From Dendrobates tinctorius (lineage: Eukaryota): a stretch of 64,000 nucleotides of DNA. The DNA is taken from positions 5,580,001 through 5,644,000 of the forward strand of contig NW_027361819.1 in assembly GCF_039654945.1 (NCBI RefSeq). The letters run 5' to 3'. The notes beneath the pieces are model-generated. The model saw only the letters and a program-made list of their open reading frames with translations. It had not been told where the DNA came from and did no database searches. This document shows, piece by piece, positions 37,231-48,866 of this stretch (positions are counted from its first letter, which is position 1; every line of letters starts with the position of its first letter). The position numbers and the translations under genes were made by a program.

Positions 37231-37567
37231 AAATAAAAGTATACAAGCACACAATCTGGAAAGGAGTCGTTTTGTCTAGCAGCGCACGTTTAATCCAAAA
37301 ACCATTTCTTTGAAATCTGATGATCTATGGTCACGATGTGGCCATTTGGATGTGCAGCAGCTTGACCTCTATTTCCTTTATGCCTAAAACTCTCCTGCCT
37401 TTGGTGAGTATAATAGCTTAAATTATACACTTTTTTTCTTGGGTAAGACCCTATTGCGCTCTTTCTCTTTTAGTTTTAACCACTTACAATCCTCTGGCGG
37501 TGCCTGGAAAACATCGCCGGTGTTAGAGAATATCTGAGCAGCAGAGGGTCCGTTACTCTGTACAAGG

Positions 37568-40119
37568 ATGGAATACTTTCTCAACAGACTCTCGTCAAGG
37601 GAACGTCTTATACTTCAAACCATCGGAAACATCGGTTTCCCTACATCTGAGGAAGAAACTAGTAACCCTTTCAGTGAGGATGAAACAAAGACTTTTCGAA
37701 AGATTTTTTATGGTTTTAAAGAAGCTATCAAGGAGGAACTCCACTACAGTCTGGACGCTCGTTTTCTATCTATCTATCTGGAAGAGAACATTTGTCCTCG
37801 TGGACTGAGGTTAGTTTTTGACTCACCCTTTATGAATGATCTGGACTTTACACAAGACTGGGACAAGAATTTAAATAATTGTATGCAAAAAATGATTTTA
37901 TTACTATACAAGAAAAGATCTAAATTAGCAGAGCCAGCAGCAATTAAAGTAATGAATCTTTCAAAGGACCTTGTTCCTTTTCAGAAACATCCTGAATATA
38001 AAAAAATTAATTCTAATGTCATAACGCATGTTATGCAAGTAGAACACGAAACCATTTTAAAAAAAATCAAAAAAGTTGCAGAGAGATAGAGAGGACTATA
38101 GAAATAAGAATAATAATAATAATAAAAAAATTGAAAATATATCTGGTACGGATAATAATGATATCTCGATTACTGAGACTCTGAATAAGACAGCTACTGG
38201 GAAAGTGTCCGAGATAACTGATGATAGACTTAATTTTGAGCAAATCTCTGTACCCCCAGAACCATTGAGTACACCCTCTATGCTGAATTTTAAAGGTCAA
38301 ATAACTAAAAATAAAGATAATATTTTTTCTAAATCTCCAGTATTGATAACCACTAAAACTACTGCACCATTAATTGAAGCCCTGAAACACTTGGAAAGTA
38401 TTAAGAAACAAATAATAATAATAATAATAACATTAAGAAAAATTTAATTGACACTATTAATCCGATTGTTAATCAAGATAACATTATCACACCCACCCCG
38501 GTGGAAGTTTCTTCACCTGCACTTATTGAGTTCCCTGACTGCATTCCTAATTCACTACTTGACCTTTCTATACATGAGGACACCGGTTTAATTTTACCCA
38601 AGGGTAACCTGATCCCTGAGGATAGCATTCCTATTACACTTAAAGATAACACGGTTTTAATTGATAATTCTAACACAGATAACACTGCTACGGTTCCTTT
38701 TTTACCTCAAATACTGAAAAATTCACAAATAGAAAATTATTTTCCACCAAGAACTGGAAAAAGAAAAGGCTTTATAGAGGATGCAGAGGGGGCAGATAAA
38801 AAAGAAAGGGAAAATACATGCAAATTAATGGACAGAAACAAAAATAATTCCTCCATTGTCGGGAGTAATATTTTTAATTTATCCTCGTATGTTCTCACTA
38901 TTGATGAAACTAAAGTCCTTTCAAAAGGATTAAATTTTTGCCCCACCTATAAAACAAATGATTTCGATCTCTTTTTAGATCTTCAGTTATTCATTAGGAA
39001 ACTCACACTAAAGAGACATTTCTTATTAAGAGAAATGAATAAAAATATAAATAATCGTACACAAATAAATGATGAAATTATTAATAAATCTGAGTTTCAT
39101 TTGGATGTCCCAATTAAATCTAAATTTTATCCAGTTGAAGATAGGGGTCATCATTTAAAAGTTTTTAGCGATGTCGTCCAAAAGAAATTCAAAGAGATTA
39201 CTAAAACTTCTTGTGGTCAAAAATACAATTTGACTAAGGATGAAAAAACTGCCTTGAAATCGCTTAAAACTAATACTGATATAGTGATCCGTTCAGCGGA
39301 CAAAGGGGGTGGGATTGTCATTCAGAACAGAGAAGATTATTGCAAAGAAGCACTTAATATATTGTCTGATGAAAAATACTATAGAAGAGTTCCATTTGAC
39401 GCTTTAACAAGATCCAAAGCGATCTATGATATATTAATTTTGGAGGGCAAGAATAACAATATACTTGATAAAAATGAATTTAAATTTCTGAATATTATGA
39501 ACCCACGAATTCCCTTCTTTTACCATCTACCTAAAATTCATAAAAGTCTAGTCAACCCCCCAGGAAGACCAATTATTTCTGGTATTAATTCACTAACCAG
39601 TAATTTATCACATTTCATTGATAGAATAATGGTCTCAAATGTCCCTTTATTAAAAAGTTTTATTAAAGATTCTACACAACTAATCCAGCACTTGCAACAA
39701 ATTGAATGGAAACCTCACTATATATTTGTAACTATGGATATATCTGCTTTATATTCAAATATCCCACATGATTTAGGTCTTGCCTGCTTCAACAAGATTC
39801 TACTGCAAGACATTAGATTAAGTAAGGAACAAAAGAAGTTTCTGTTAAAAGGCATGGATGTTATATTGAATAATAATTATTTTACTTTTAATGGAATTCT
39901 GTACCACCAGTGCCTTGGGACTGCAATGGGCTCAAAAGTAGCACCAACTTACGCTAATATTTTTATGGGGGTCTTTGAAGATTTTTATATTTTTAAATCC
40001 AAATGGCATAATAATTGTATTTTATATAAGAGATTCATAGATGATTTGTTTTTTTGTATGGGATAATACTGAGAATAATATTAATGATTTTATTTGTGAT
40101 ATTAATAATAATATTTGGG
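37568..40119 (+). pseudogene. Penelope RT ORF, frameshifted and truncated (copy 2)
   Basis: Pieces 37568-38089, 38076-38447, 38501-40066. Confidence 0.88.
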
Positions 40120-41212
40120 TGCAGTAATAGGGACACATAAGGCAGCAGCGGCTCAGTATTGGGGTATCAGGTGCAGTAATAGGGACACATACGGCAGCAG
40201 CGGCTCAGTATTGGGGTATCAGGTGCAGTTATAGGGACACATGCGGCAGCAGCAGAGGCTCAGTATTGGGGTATCAGGTGCAGTAATAGGGACACATACG
40301 GCAGCAGCGGCTCAGTATTGGGGTATCAGGTGCAGTAATAGGGACACATACGGCAGCAGCGGCTGAGTATTGGGGTATCAGGTGCAGTAATAGGGACACA
40401 TACGACAGAGGCTCAGTATTGGGGTATCAGATGCAGTAATAGGGACACATATGGCAGCAGCGGCTCAGTATTGGGGTATCAGGTGCAGTAATAGGGACAC
40501 ATATGGCAGCAGCGGCTCAGTATTGGGGTATCAGGTGCAGTAATAGGGACACATACGGCAGCAGAGGCTCAGTATTGGGGTATCAGGTGCAGTAATAGGG
40601 ACACATACGGCAGCAGCGGCTGAGTATTGGGGTATCAGGTGCAGTAATAGGGACACATACGGTAGCAGCGGCTCAGTATTGGGGTATCAGGTGCAGTAAT
40701 AGGGACACATACGGCAGCAGCGGCTCAGTATTGGGGTATCAGATACAATAGTAGGGACACATGTGGCAGCAGCGGCTCAGTATTGGGTTGAGTAGTTTGT
40801 GCATGCTGGAGATAGATGGGTAGTAATCTGGAAATGTGAGAAGTCAGATGTGTCTTTGTTGTATTGTCTGCAGATGAGTCCTGCTGGAGAAGTCGTCATG
40901 TCGGTCTGAGTAAGATGCAAAAGTGAACGATTATCAGAAAGAACGTCACCTGTAAGTTATCATCTGTAACTGTATAGTAAACTCTTGTATATTCTGCAGG
41001 ACTGGCATCTACCACTATGAGGTCACCATATGGCGGTAATATCAGTATTGTTTTTTGTATAGAGATTTGTTTCAGTTACAGCGCGGTCATCTACTGAGGT
41101 TCCCCTATACTCATGACTACAGTGTGCCACCTGAGTTGTAATCAGGGTTACCGGTTAGGGGCCCACTCAAATTTTTCGCCTCCCCTAAGCTGAACCCCTA
41201 GCTACGCCTCTG
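40118..41212. mobile_element. Duplicated right end of the hAT element (copy 3)
   Basis: As above. Confidence 0.85.
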
Positions 41213-41395
41213 TGTTGACTAGAGGGAGCATGGTGGCTGTTGGAATCATGGTGGCTGTACGGCGTGTATTGGCTTTATTTGTTCTAGTATTTATAGGGGC
41301 TGTAGTTTCTTTAGGAGTCTGAATGACTGTAGTGTCAGTGGGTGTTGTAGGAGCTTTAGTTTCTTGGTGGAGCTATATTGATTGTAGTGGCTGTA

Positions 41396-42105
41396 CTAGA
41401 CCTTGCCTTCTCCTGGATCTCCTCATATCTCACTAACCGCACATTTACCATCTCCCATTCTACCTCCTCATCCAGCCCTCTCTCTGTCAGTGTCCCTCAA
41501 GGCTCTGTCCTGCTACTGTTTGCCTGGGACAATTCAGAGTCTCATGGCTTCCAGAGTACCATCTGTACCCTGCTGACACTCAGATCTACCTCTCTGGTGC
41601 AGACATGCTGTGCAGAGTCCCAGAGTGTCTATCAGCCACATCCTTCTTCTCATCACTCTTTCTAAAGCTCGATGTGGACAAAGCCAAACCCATCATCTTT
41701 CCTCCATCTCACTCAGCCCACCACCAGACCTATCTAGCACAGTTAGTTACATCACGCTTTCCACTGTATGAGAAGTCCACCACCTCAGAGTAATCCTTCG
41801 CTCTGACTTGTCCTTCAAACCAAACATACACGTTTACTCTTTTTTCAACTCCAAATCAATTAAAATGTTAGTACATGTTCCCATCTTCTCCAGCCTTGAC
41901 TATTGCAATACTCTCCTCTGTGTCCTCCCGATTAACACTCTTGCACCTCTCCAGTCCATCCTTAACCCTGTTGCCTGCTTAATCTTCCCTTGCCCTTGCA
42001 AATAATCCAACTTTGCCCTCTGCCAATCCCTTTACTGGCTTCCGATTCCCCAGCGAATCCAGTTTACATTACTAACAATGACTTTCAAGACCTTTTCTAA
42101 TTTAT
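41396..42105 (+). mobile_element. Old L2 LINE fragment (copy 3)
   Basis: Duplicate of 16741-17450. Confidence 0.8.
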
Positions 42106-42205
42106 CTCTACATACAAACATTTTGATACAGGAAAGATATACAGGAAAAATTTTCTTTGCTGTGTTGTGCGTAAATATGTGATTCTTCAGATGTTGTATT
42201 AGTCT

Positions 42206-42245
42206 TTGCCTGATGAAGAGACCTGAGTAGTCTCGAAAGCTGCAA
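42206..42245 (+). ncRNA. Degenerate minimal hammerhead motif (copy 3)
   Basis: As copy 2. Confidence 0.75.
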
Positions 42246-42481
42246 TGTGTTACCATCTTTTCAGTTAGCCACTAAAAGGTATCAACCACTGAGGACTCTC
42301 AATTCTGAATATTCTTCTTACATACATTCATTTGAGAGCATCAACCCTTGTTATGTAGAACTTTGACTTCTTTGTTTGTACGACCAGCATGCTTTATTAG
42401 TATAAATCCAGTAGACAATAGAAATGAAAATTTCAGTCTAAGATTTCTTCTTTCTTTTTTTTTTTTAGCCAGGAAATTCCA

Positions 42482-45400
42482 ATGGAATGGCTACTGTCCA
42501 AGCTCCATCTGGAGAAGATCCAAGGCTCCAAAATCAGTCTGGAACATGTGATGTGTATCGAGAAAGAGATCAGGAATGATGACACTTCACTGCTATGGAC
42601 GTTTCTCAGAAAACTTATAGCACTGGATGAAACTGCACGAAATACCATGATAGATGAGAATGAAGATACCAACATAAGTGGTTTATGTGCAGAAGATGAT
42701 CTGTTTGTAAACCAGATGTCATCTAGAAATTCCTCAAATTCTCTCCATCCCCTAGATGTCCTATGTGCTCTTCTTCGTTCTTCTGACAGCTTTCTACAAC
42801 AATTTATCTTCTCGAAAATGTCCATGTGTCAGTTTGCGGTTCCTTTTGTGCTCCCTGCAGATAAGAACAATCCATGTACCCTTTCACTATGGCCCTTGAG
42901 AGAAATTGTAAAGAAGTGGAGACCAACATCATTACTAAGCACTAAAGGCTTCAGAGAAGACAACCTGGTGAATATTTCCATGCCCATCTTTTCGTTTGTC
43001 AGATTTGGAAATTGTACTCTCTCAAAATCCAGAACCCTCAACAATGTTCTCAGTCCATCCTACACTCATCATGACTTCTTCGTGCACCAGGACATGGAAT
43101 GTGGTTATCATCATAGAACAATCTCGGAAGGACTTCTCGAGCTCTTCTGGCATTTTCCTGGTGGGAGTCAAAACTCTAATGTTTTTCTTGAACCCGTAAC
43201 TATCATGAATTTACGTGGCGACCTAGAATTTAATCAGAAGCAGTTCAGTTTGTTGACCAAAGTCTCTTCTGCTGTTTTTATTTTCTCGGAAGATCTCCAA
43301 GAAAAACATTGTAAAATATTGGAGAGCTATGCACCAGGCAATCCAAACTACTACTTTATTATCTCTCTACCTGATGACAATCATTACAATGAGGAGACAG
43401 AAAATTATCTACACAAGTTAATAAGATCTCTAAATTTGACCAGTAAAAACATCTTGGTGAAAGATTCCGGGACAAATGAAGCCAAAATTGTAAAAGAGAT
43501 ACAAGGCTTCATAAGACGTTTGATCAATGCATCTCCGCAATCCATGACATTAGAGGAAGTTGGGAAAATTGCTAATGAGCTTGAAATCTATGTAGATGAG
43601 AATGCGGTGGAATGCCAAAGAGCCAAGACTATAGCTAAGAGGATCATCAGTCAAATAACAGACGTGTCACAATATAAGAAACAAACTATGACCCTGCAGG
43701 GGAATCTGTGGAAGAAGATTACTAAAAATGAGAAAGAACTCTGTAGGATGAAGAAACAGGTTGATGAAAGTGGGGAGACTTATAAGTCAGAGCTGAACAA
43801 GCAAATTATAGATCTGCGTAAGCAACAAAGCCAGCAAGAACTTCAGGCAGACATGAAGACGTTTTTGTTGGCACTTACTGACTTGCCTCATATGGAAAAA
43901 AAATATTTTTTGAAGTGGTTGAAGATATTTCTCGATGATATTGCTCGATCAAATCTAAAAGAGTTACAAACTGAGTATTTAAAAAATTCCACCAATATGT
44001 TAGTTCTGAGAGAAATAGATCAAAAGATGTCTGATGGCTCCCTTGGGTTAGAACATTTCTTACGTGAAGTCGGGCAGATGCATGAGTCTCAGTTTTTTAA
44101 ACTTAATCATAAAGATCTAGGACAAAAACTCAGTGACCTCCCCGGATTAGCTGCTGATCTCATGCTGGATGGGTTTCCGTTTGAGTTGATGGATGGAGAT
44201 GCCTCCAACATTCCCTTACAGTGGATAATGGATGTCCTGAGTGAACTGGATAAGAAGACTGGAGGACAATGCAGGATGAGGGTGATAACTGTGCTAGGAG
44301 TGCAGAGTACGGGAAAGTCCACCCTACTGAACACCATGTTTGGTCTACAGTTCCCTGTGGCCAGTGGTCGATGCACACGAGGAGCCTTCATGACTCTCAT
44401 TAAAGTGAAGGAGAACTTCCAAGAAGAACTAGGCTGTGATTTCATTCTGGTGATCGACACTGAAGGGTTGAAAGCTCCTGAATTGGCTTCATTGGCAAAG
44501 AGTTATGAACATGACAATGAATTGGCCACATTAGTGGTTGGGTTGAGTGACATCACCATCATTAACATATCGATGGAAAACTCTTCAGAAATGAAAGATA
44601 TTTTACAGATTGTGGTCCACGCATTTCTCCGTATGAGCAAAATAGGAGAAAAACCAAACTGTCACTTTGTTCATCAGAACGTGAGTGATGTGTCTGCTCA
44701 TACTTTGGGAATGAGAGACAGGAACAAAATATTGGAGAACCTGAATCACATGACAAAAGCTGCAGCAAAAATGGAAAAATTGGAAGGGATAACTACTTTT
44801 AATGACATAATGAATTACAATCCTGATGAACACACATGGTACATTTCTGGCCTGTGGTATGGCATTCCACCCATGGATCCTATAAACCCTGGGTACAGCG
44901 AGGGAGTTCTTTCACTTAAAAAATATTTGATTGAGTTCCTGAAAAATAAAGTGCAGAAGCCACGGACTATCCCAGTTTTTCTTCAGTGGTTAAAAAGTTT
45001 ATGGAATGCAGTAAAATATGAAAAATTTATCTTTAGCTTTCGGAACAGCCTGATAGCGGACGCTTACGACCAGGTGTCCGTAAAATATTCACAACTGGAG
45101 TGGAGCTTCCGAAAAGAGATCTACAACTGGATGACCGAGGTGCTGATATCAATAAAGAATGAGGAAGCTGAAAATCTATCAATGGAAACATTGACTGATA
45201 TAATAGAATCAACATCAGAAATGCTGAGCAAAGAGGAGAAGAAAATGCACAATTTACTCAATAATTATTTTGATTCTGAACTGGAAAATGCACATCTGGT
45301 AGAAAAATACAGAGAAGACTTTATGAAAAGTGTAAAAAGTCTTAGGAAGGGACTTAAAGAAAAAATAGTCAACAAATGCAAAGAAGCCTTTCATATCCAA

Positions 45401-47179
45401 AAGACAAAGCATAAGATAGAAGGTCTGAAGGATAGTTACATATCACAAATGGAAGAAAAAGTGACAACTCTAATATGCCTGTGCAGGGACAGGACTCAGA
45501 AAATGGATGACGAAAAGCTTGAAGGAGAATTTAATGCCATGTGGAATGACACAATAAAAAGCCTTCAAGTCAAATCCATAGCAAGACAAGACATTGACCA
45601 CATCATGCTCCAGCAGCTCCGGAAGGACATGAGTCACAAGTCAGGTGCTGTCAATGAGAAACTGCTGAACATCCAGACGCTTCTTGAATTTGCACATGTA
45701 ACTTTCGAGGTGCGTGATGAACACATCGATCTAAAATGGTACGAAAAATGTCACGATAAAATCATGTACAAAGTTAAAAGTTTTAAAGACTTCTACAAAA
45801 ACGACTACAGTTTTAAATCAAAGCAGATAGCAGAACACCTGGTGGACAAAGGCTCGAGATTTGTCGATCAATGCGTGAAGATGAACGAGAATTACCATGA
45901 TATGTTTTGTTTAGAATTACTTAAAATGGTCAATGATAAGTTCCAACAGCCCGATGTGAAGAACCTGCACACCACAGACCATTTTGAGCTTGACCTCAAG
46001 CTTTTACTTTTAGGCAGAGCAGCTTCAGAATTTCAAAAGATGCACGATAATTTCTTGACCTTAAATGACCCATACTTATGCTTAGAAACATTAAAATCTG
46101 AATATCTTTCAGTTTTCAAAGTAGTATTCAAGGAAAAGGATGAATGTACAACTAGAGCGAAACGATTCTGTGACCTTTGTCTCAAACCAGCCATTGTGGA
46201 CTACGTGAACCATCGTCTTGGACAGGAGATAGTCAACGAGATGCTGAGTGGGGAAGACAACATGAAATACATGAGTCGCACTTTCTTTCAGATGCGGGTG
46301 CTCTGTAAGCTTCTCGAAGAACATTCTTTTGAGCAATACGTGAAGTATATCAATAACTATGAGCGTTTTGTCAAGGAATGTATCTTAGAGTTCATTAAAG
46401 AGAAATATGAAGACCCAGAAGCTTTGCAATCATTGCAGTCAAATATAGTCTTGTCCATTCTTCAGAAATTAAGAGAAATCCTTAAAGACTCCCAAATACA
46501 GGAAAGTGCAGATATCTCAGAATTCCTAAGAAATATTTGTAAGATGCTGAAGAAGGACTTGGTCATATCACAAAAAGATGTCAAGGTGATAATTTTTCAG
46601 AATTCTGTGCCCGTTACTCAGTTCGCTGCTGATGTTGAGTTCTTCCTTTCTGACCTTGGAGGGGATATTATATCAGAAATGAGACGGTCAACCATTGAGT
46701 CTGTTCTTGACGCAGTTATTCTAAAACCAGAAGAAGAACTGTTCAAGAAAGTGATTGGATGTGGGAACCAGTGTCCATTCTGTAAAGTCCCCTGTGAAGC
46801 TGGATGTGCTGAGCACACAGAGCACTTTGCCACTGTCCATCGTCCTCAGGGCCTGGGCAGATACAGATCGGTGGACACTAATGTCCTATGTTCCTCACTA
46901 TGTTCTACAGATGTCGTCACCGAGAAGTCATTCCGGAACGCTGACACTGATTGGAAGTTCCATCCTTATAAGGATTATCAGGACTTGTACCCAGACTGGA
47001 TGATCCAACCAGATCCCAGCATCAGTGCCTCCGACTACTGGAAATTCATCTTTAAAGAGTTTAATGCCAAGTTTGCAAAGGAATATAATGCAAAGCCTGC
47101 AACTCTACCCAAAGACTGGTATGACATAAGCAAGGGACAAGCTCATGAAAGCTTGAAGGAATCATTCCGTGTAAAATAA
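42482..47179 (+). CDS. gvin1: GVIN1-like very large GTPase, copy 3 (F290Y, A799D, I970F vs copy 1)
   Basis: Intact 1565-aa ORF with the same motifs. Confidence 0.92.
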   Translation: MEWLLSKLHLEKIQGSKISLEHVMCIEKEIRNDDTSLLWTFLRKLIALDETARNTMIDENEDTNISGLCAEDDLFVNQMSSRNSSNSLHPLDVLCALLRSSDSFLQQFIFSKMSMCQFAVPFVLPADKNNPCTLSLWPLREIVKKWRPTSLLSTKGFREDNLVNISMPIFSFVRFGNCTLSKSRTLNNVLSPSYTHHDFFVHQDMECGYHHRTISEGLLELFWHFPGGSQNSNVFLEPVTIMNLRGDLEFNQKQFSLLTKVSSAVFIFSEDLQEKHCKILESYAPGNPNYYFIISLPDDNHYNEETENYLHKLIRSLNLTSKNILVKDSGTNEAKIVKEIQGFIRRLINASPQSMTLEEVGKIANELEIYVDENAVECQRAKTIAKRIISQITDVSQYKKQTMTLQGNLWKKITKNEKELCRMKKQVDESGETYKSELNKQIIDLRKQQSQQELQADMKTFLLALTDLPHMEKKYFLKWLKIFLDDIARSNLKELQTEYLKNSTNMLVLREIDQKMSDGSLGLEHFLREVGQMHESQFFKLNHKDLGQKLSDLPGLAADLMLDGFPFELMDGDASNIPLQWIMDVLSELDKKTGGQCRMRVITVLGVQSTGKSTLLNTMFGLQFPVASGRCTRGAFMTLIKVKENFQEELGCDFILVIDTEGLKAPELASLAKSYEHDNELATLVVGLSDITIINISMENSSEMKDILQIVVHAFLRMSKIGEKPNCHFVHQNVSDVSAHTLGMRDRNKILENLNHMTKAAAKMEKLEGITTFNDIMNYNPDEHTWYISGLWYGIPPMDPINPGYSEGVLSLKKYLIEFLKNKVQKPRTIPVFLQWLKSLWNAVKYEKFIFSFRNSLIADAYDQVSVKYSQLEWSFRKEIYNWMTEVLISIKNEEAENLSMETLTDIIESTSEMLSKEEKKMHNLLNNYFDSELENAHLVEKYREDFMKSVKSLRKGLKEKIVNKCKEAFHIQKTKHKIEGLKDSYISQMEEKVTTLICLCRDRTQKMDDEKLEGEFNAMWNDTIKSLQVKSIARQDIDHIMLQQLRKDMSHKSGAVNEKLLNIQTLLEFAHVTFEVRDEHIDLKWYEKCHDKIMYKVKSFKDFYKNDYSFKSKQIAEHLVDKGSRFVDQCVKMNENYHDMFCLELLKMVNDKFQQPDVKNLHTTDHFELDLKLLLLGRAASEFQKMHDNFLTLNDPYLCLETLKSEYLSVFKVVFKEKDECTTRAKRFCDLCLKPAIVDYVNHRLGQEIVNEMLSGEDNMKYMSRTFFQMRVLCKLLEEHSFEQYVKYINNYERFVKECILEFIKEKYEDPEALQSLQSNIVLSILQKLREILKDSQIQESADISEFLRNICKMLKKDLVISQKDVKVIIFQNSVPVTQFAADVEFFLSDLGGDIISEMRRSTIESVLDAVILKPEEELFKKVIGCGNQCPFCKVPCEAGCAEHTEHFATVHRPQGLGRYRSVDTNVLCSSLCSTDVVTEKSFRNADTDWKFHPYKDYQDLYPDWMIQPDPSISASDYWKFIFKEFNAKFAKEYNAKPATLPKDWYDISKGQAHESLKESFRVK

Positions 47180-47775
47180 GTTCTGCCCCATGAAAAAAAA
47201 ACATGAACAACACCATAGATCTGTATCTAATACTTGTAGATGGTGCAGCTTCTCATAAGGTTGGATGAAGGACAAGGCAGTATTTAAAGTTTATGCTGCC
47301 CTAGGCACTTTTTGCGCTGCCTCCCCCACATTGGTGAGTAGGACTCATGCAGACAATGTACCCGTTTTTTGCTCATCCTCTATCTTCTCTAGAAAAAAAA
47401 ATGGTAACATAAACCATGGACGTGTTTGAACTGCTTATTTTTGTGTTGTCATTAGGGGAGCCCTAGTGAACACTGTACATGGATTACTTTGCAGGTTACT
47501 GTCACTGCACCCCCTCAGCAGTTGCCTGAGATACTTGTGTGGTACAGACAATCACTACTGGACACCTTTCCATATGGGCAGCAGTGGGTCAGAGAGGTAT
47601 CCTATATAAACCGGAGAGGCATAAGGAAATCATTATGGCTGGTGAGCTATGCATGGCACTTCCCCCCCCCTCCCAATCTTCAGAATCTCAGATGTTCCTT
47701 CTGAAAAGCAGACAGTATTGTTCCTCAATCTTATCCCTTTTATGTAGAAGACCATTTTGTGGCAATGGACTAGAT

Positions 47776-48281
47776 CAGAGGTAACCAACCTTTCTGACCT
47801 AGAGAGCCACATTCAGCTATGAGAGAGGGTCATGAGCCACATCCAGCTCCCACCCCCTCACAATAGTGGCAACCAGAGCCCCCATTACAGGTATAATGGT
47901 AACCAAAGCTTTTCCACAGAAATCACTCCAAAGCAGTATATCAAGATCCAGGGCTTCTCACAATACCTCCATTCAGTTCTCCCTCATCAAGAACTCCAAA
48001 CACACTGTCACATCCAGCTTCAGGCGCCTCCTCTAGCAGGTAGGACCATCCTCCAGCGTTCCATACTTAAACTATCACAAAACCCCTAAGACCACTAAAT
48101 GTGCATCCAGATCTGCACTTCTGTGCAGGGCTGCTCACACAATTCACCATTTTGAGATGTGCTCTTCATACCCGCTTGCTAGACCTGGAGCTAATGCACC
48201 AAGCTGGCCGACAGTTGCGAGCCACAATTCATGGGACCACAAGCCACATGTGACTCCTGAGCTACAGGTTGGGGACCCCTG
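47776..48281. mobile_element. 506-bp hAT element, copy 3
   Basis: Duplicate with the same TSD. Confidence 0.85.
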
Positions 48282-48374
48282 GACTAGATCAACAAATTAC
48301 CCAAAAGTGGCGATAGTGTCCTGTGTGTTATACATGGTGGGAGGACATTGTTGACAAAATCCCTCAATGTCTGT

Positions 48375-48865
48375 TATTTAATCCTTCTTCTCCGCTAGAT
48401 TTCTAAAACTTAATATGGACAAAACAGAATTAATTATCTTTCCCCCATCTCACGTGACCCCTCAACGGACCTATCCATTAAAGTAAACAGCTGCCCACAC
48501 TCTCCAGTCCCGTACGCTCGCTGCCTCGGGGTAATCCTTGACAATGATCTCTCTTTCAAACCACATATCCAAGCCCTTTCCGCTTCCTGCCGACTTCAAC
48601 TCAAAAATATTTCATGGATCCGTACATTCCTCAACCAAGAATTTGCAAAAACCCTAGTCCATGCCCTCATCATCTCCCGCCTTGACTACTGCAACCTCCT
48701 GCTCTGTGGCCTCCCCTCTAACACTCTCGCACCCCTCCAATCTATTCTAAACTCTGCTGCCCGACTAATCCACCTGTCCCCCCGCTATTCCCCAGCCTCT
48801 CCCCTCTGTCAATCCCTGCACTGGCTCCCCATTACCCAAAGACTCCAGTTCAAAACCCTAACCAT
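48375..48865 (+). mobile_element. L2 LINE upstream part (copy 3)
   Basis: Duplicate; continues at 54651 after the Penelope element. Confidence 0.85.
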
Positions 48866-48866
48866 T

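Larger units (their letters stand above)
27794..40117 (+). repeat. Tandem segmental duplication, unit 2
   Basis: Starts at the Penelope-RT/52-bp-satellite junction ATATTTGGGTGCAG. Confidence 0.95.
36542..40119 (+). mobile_element. Penelope-like retroelement, 3'-truncated (copy 2)
   Basis: As copy 1. Confidence 0.93.
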
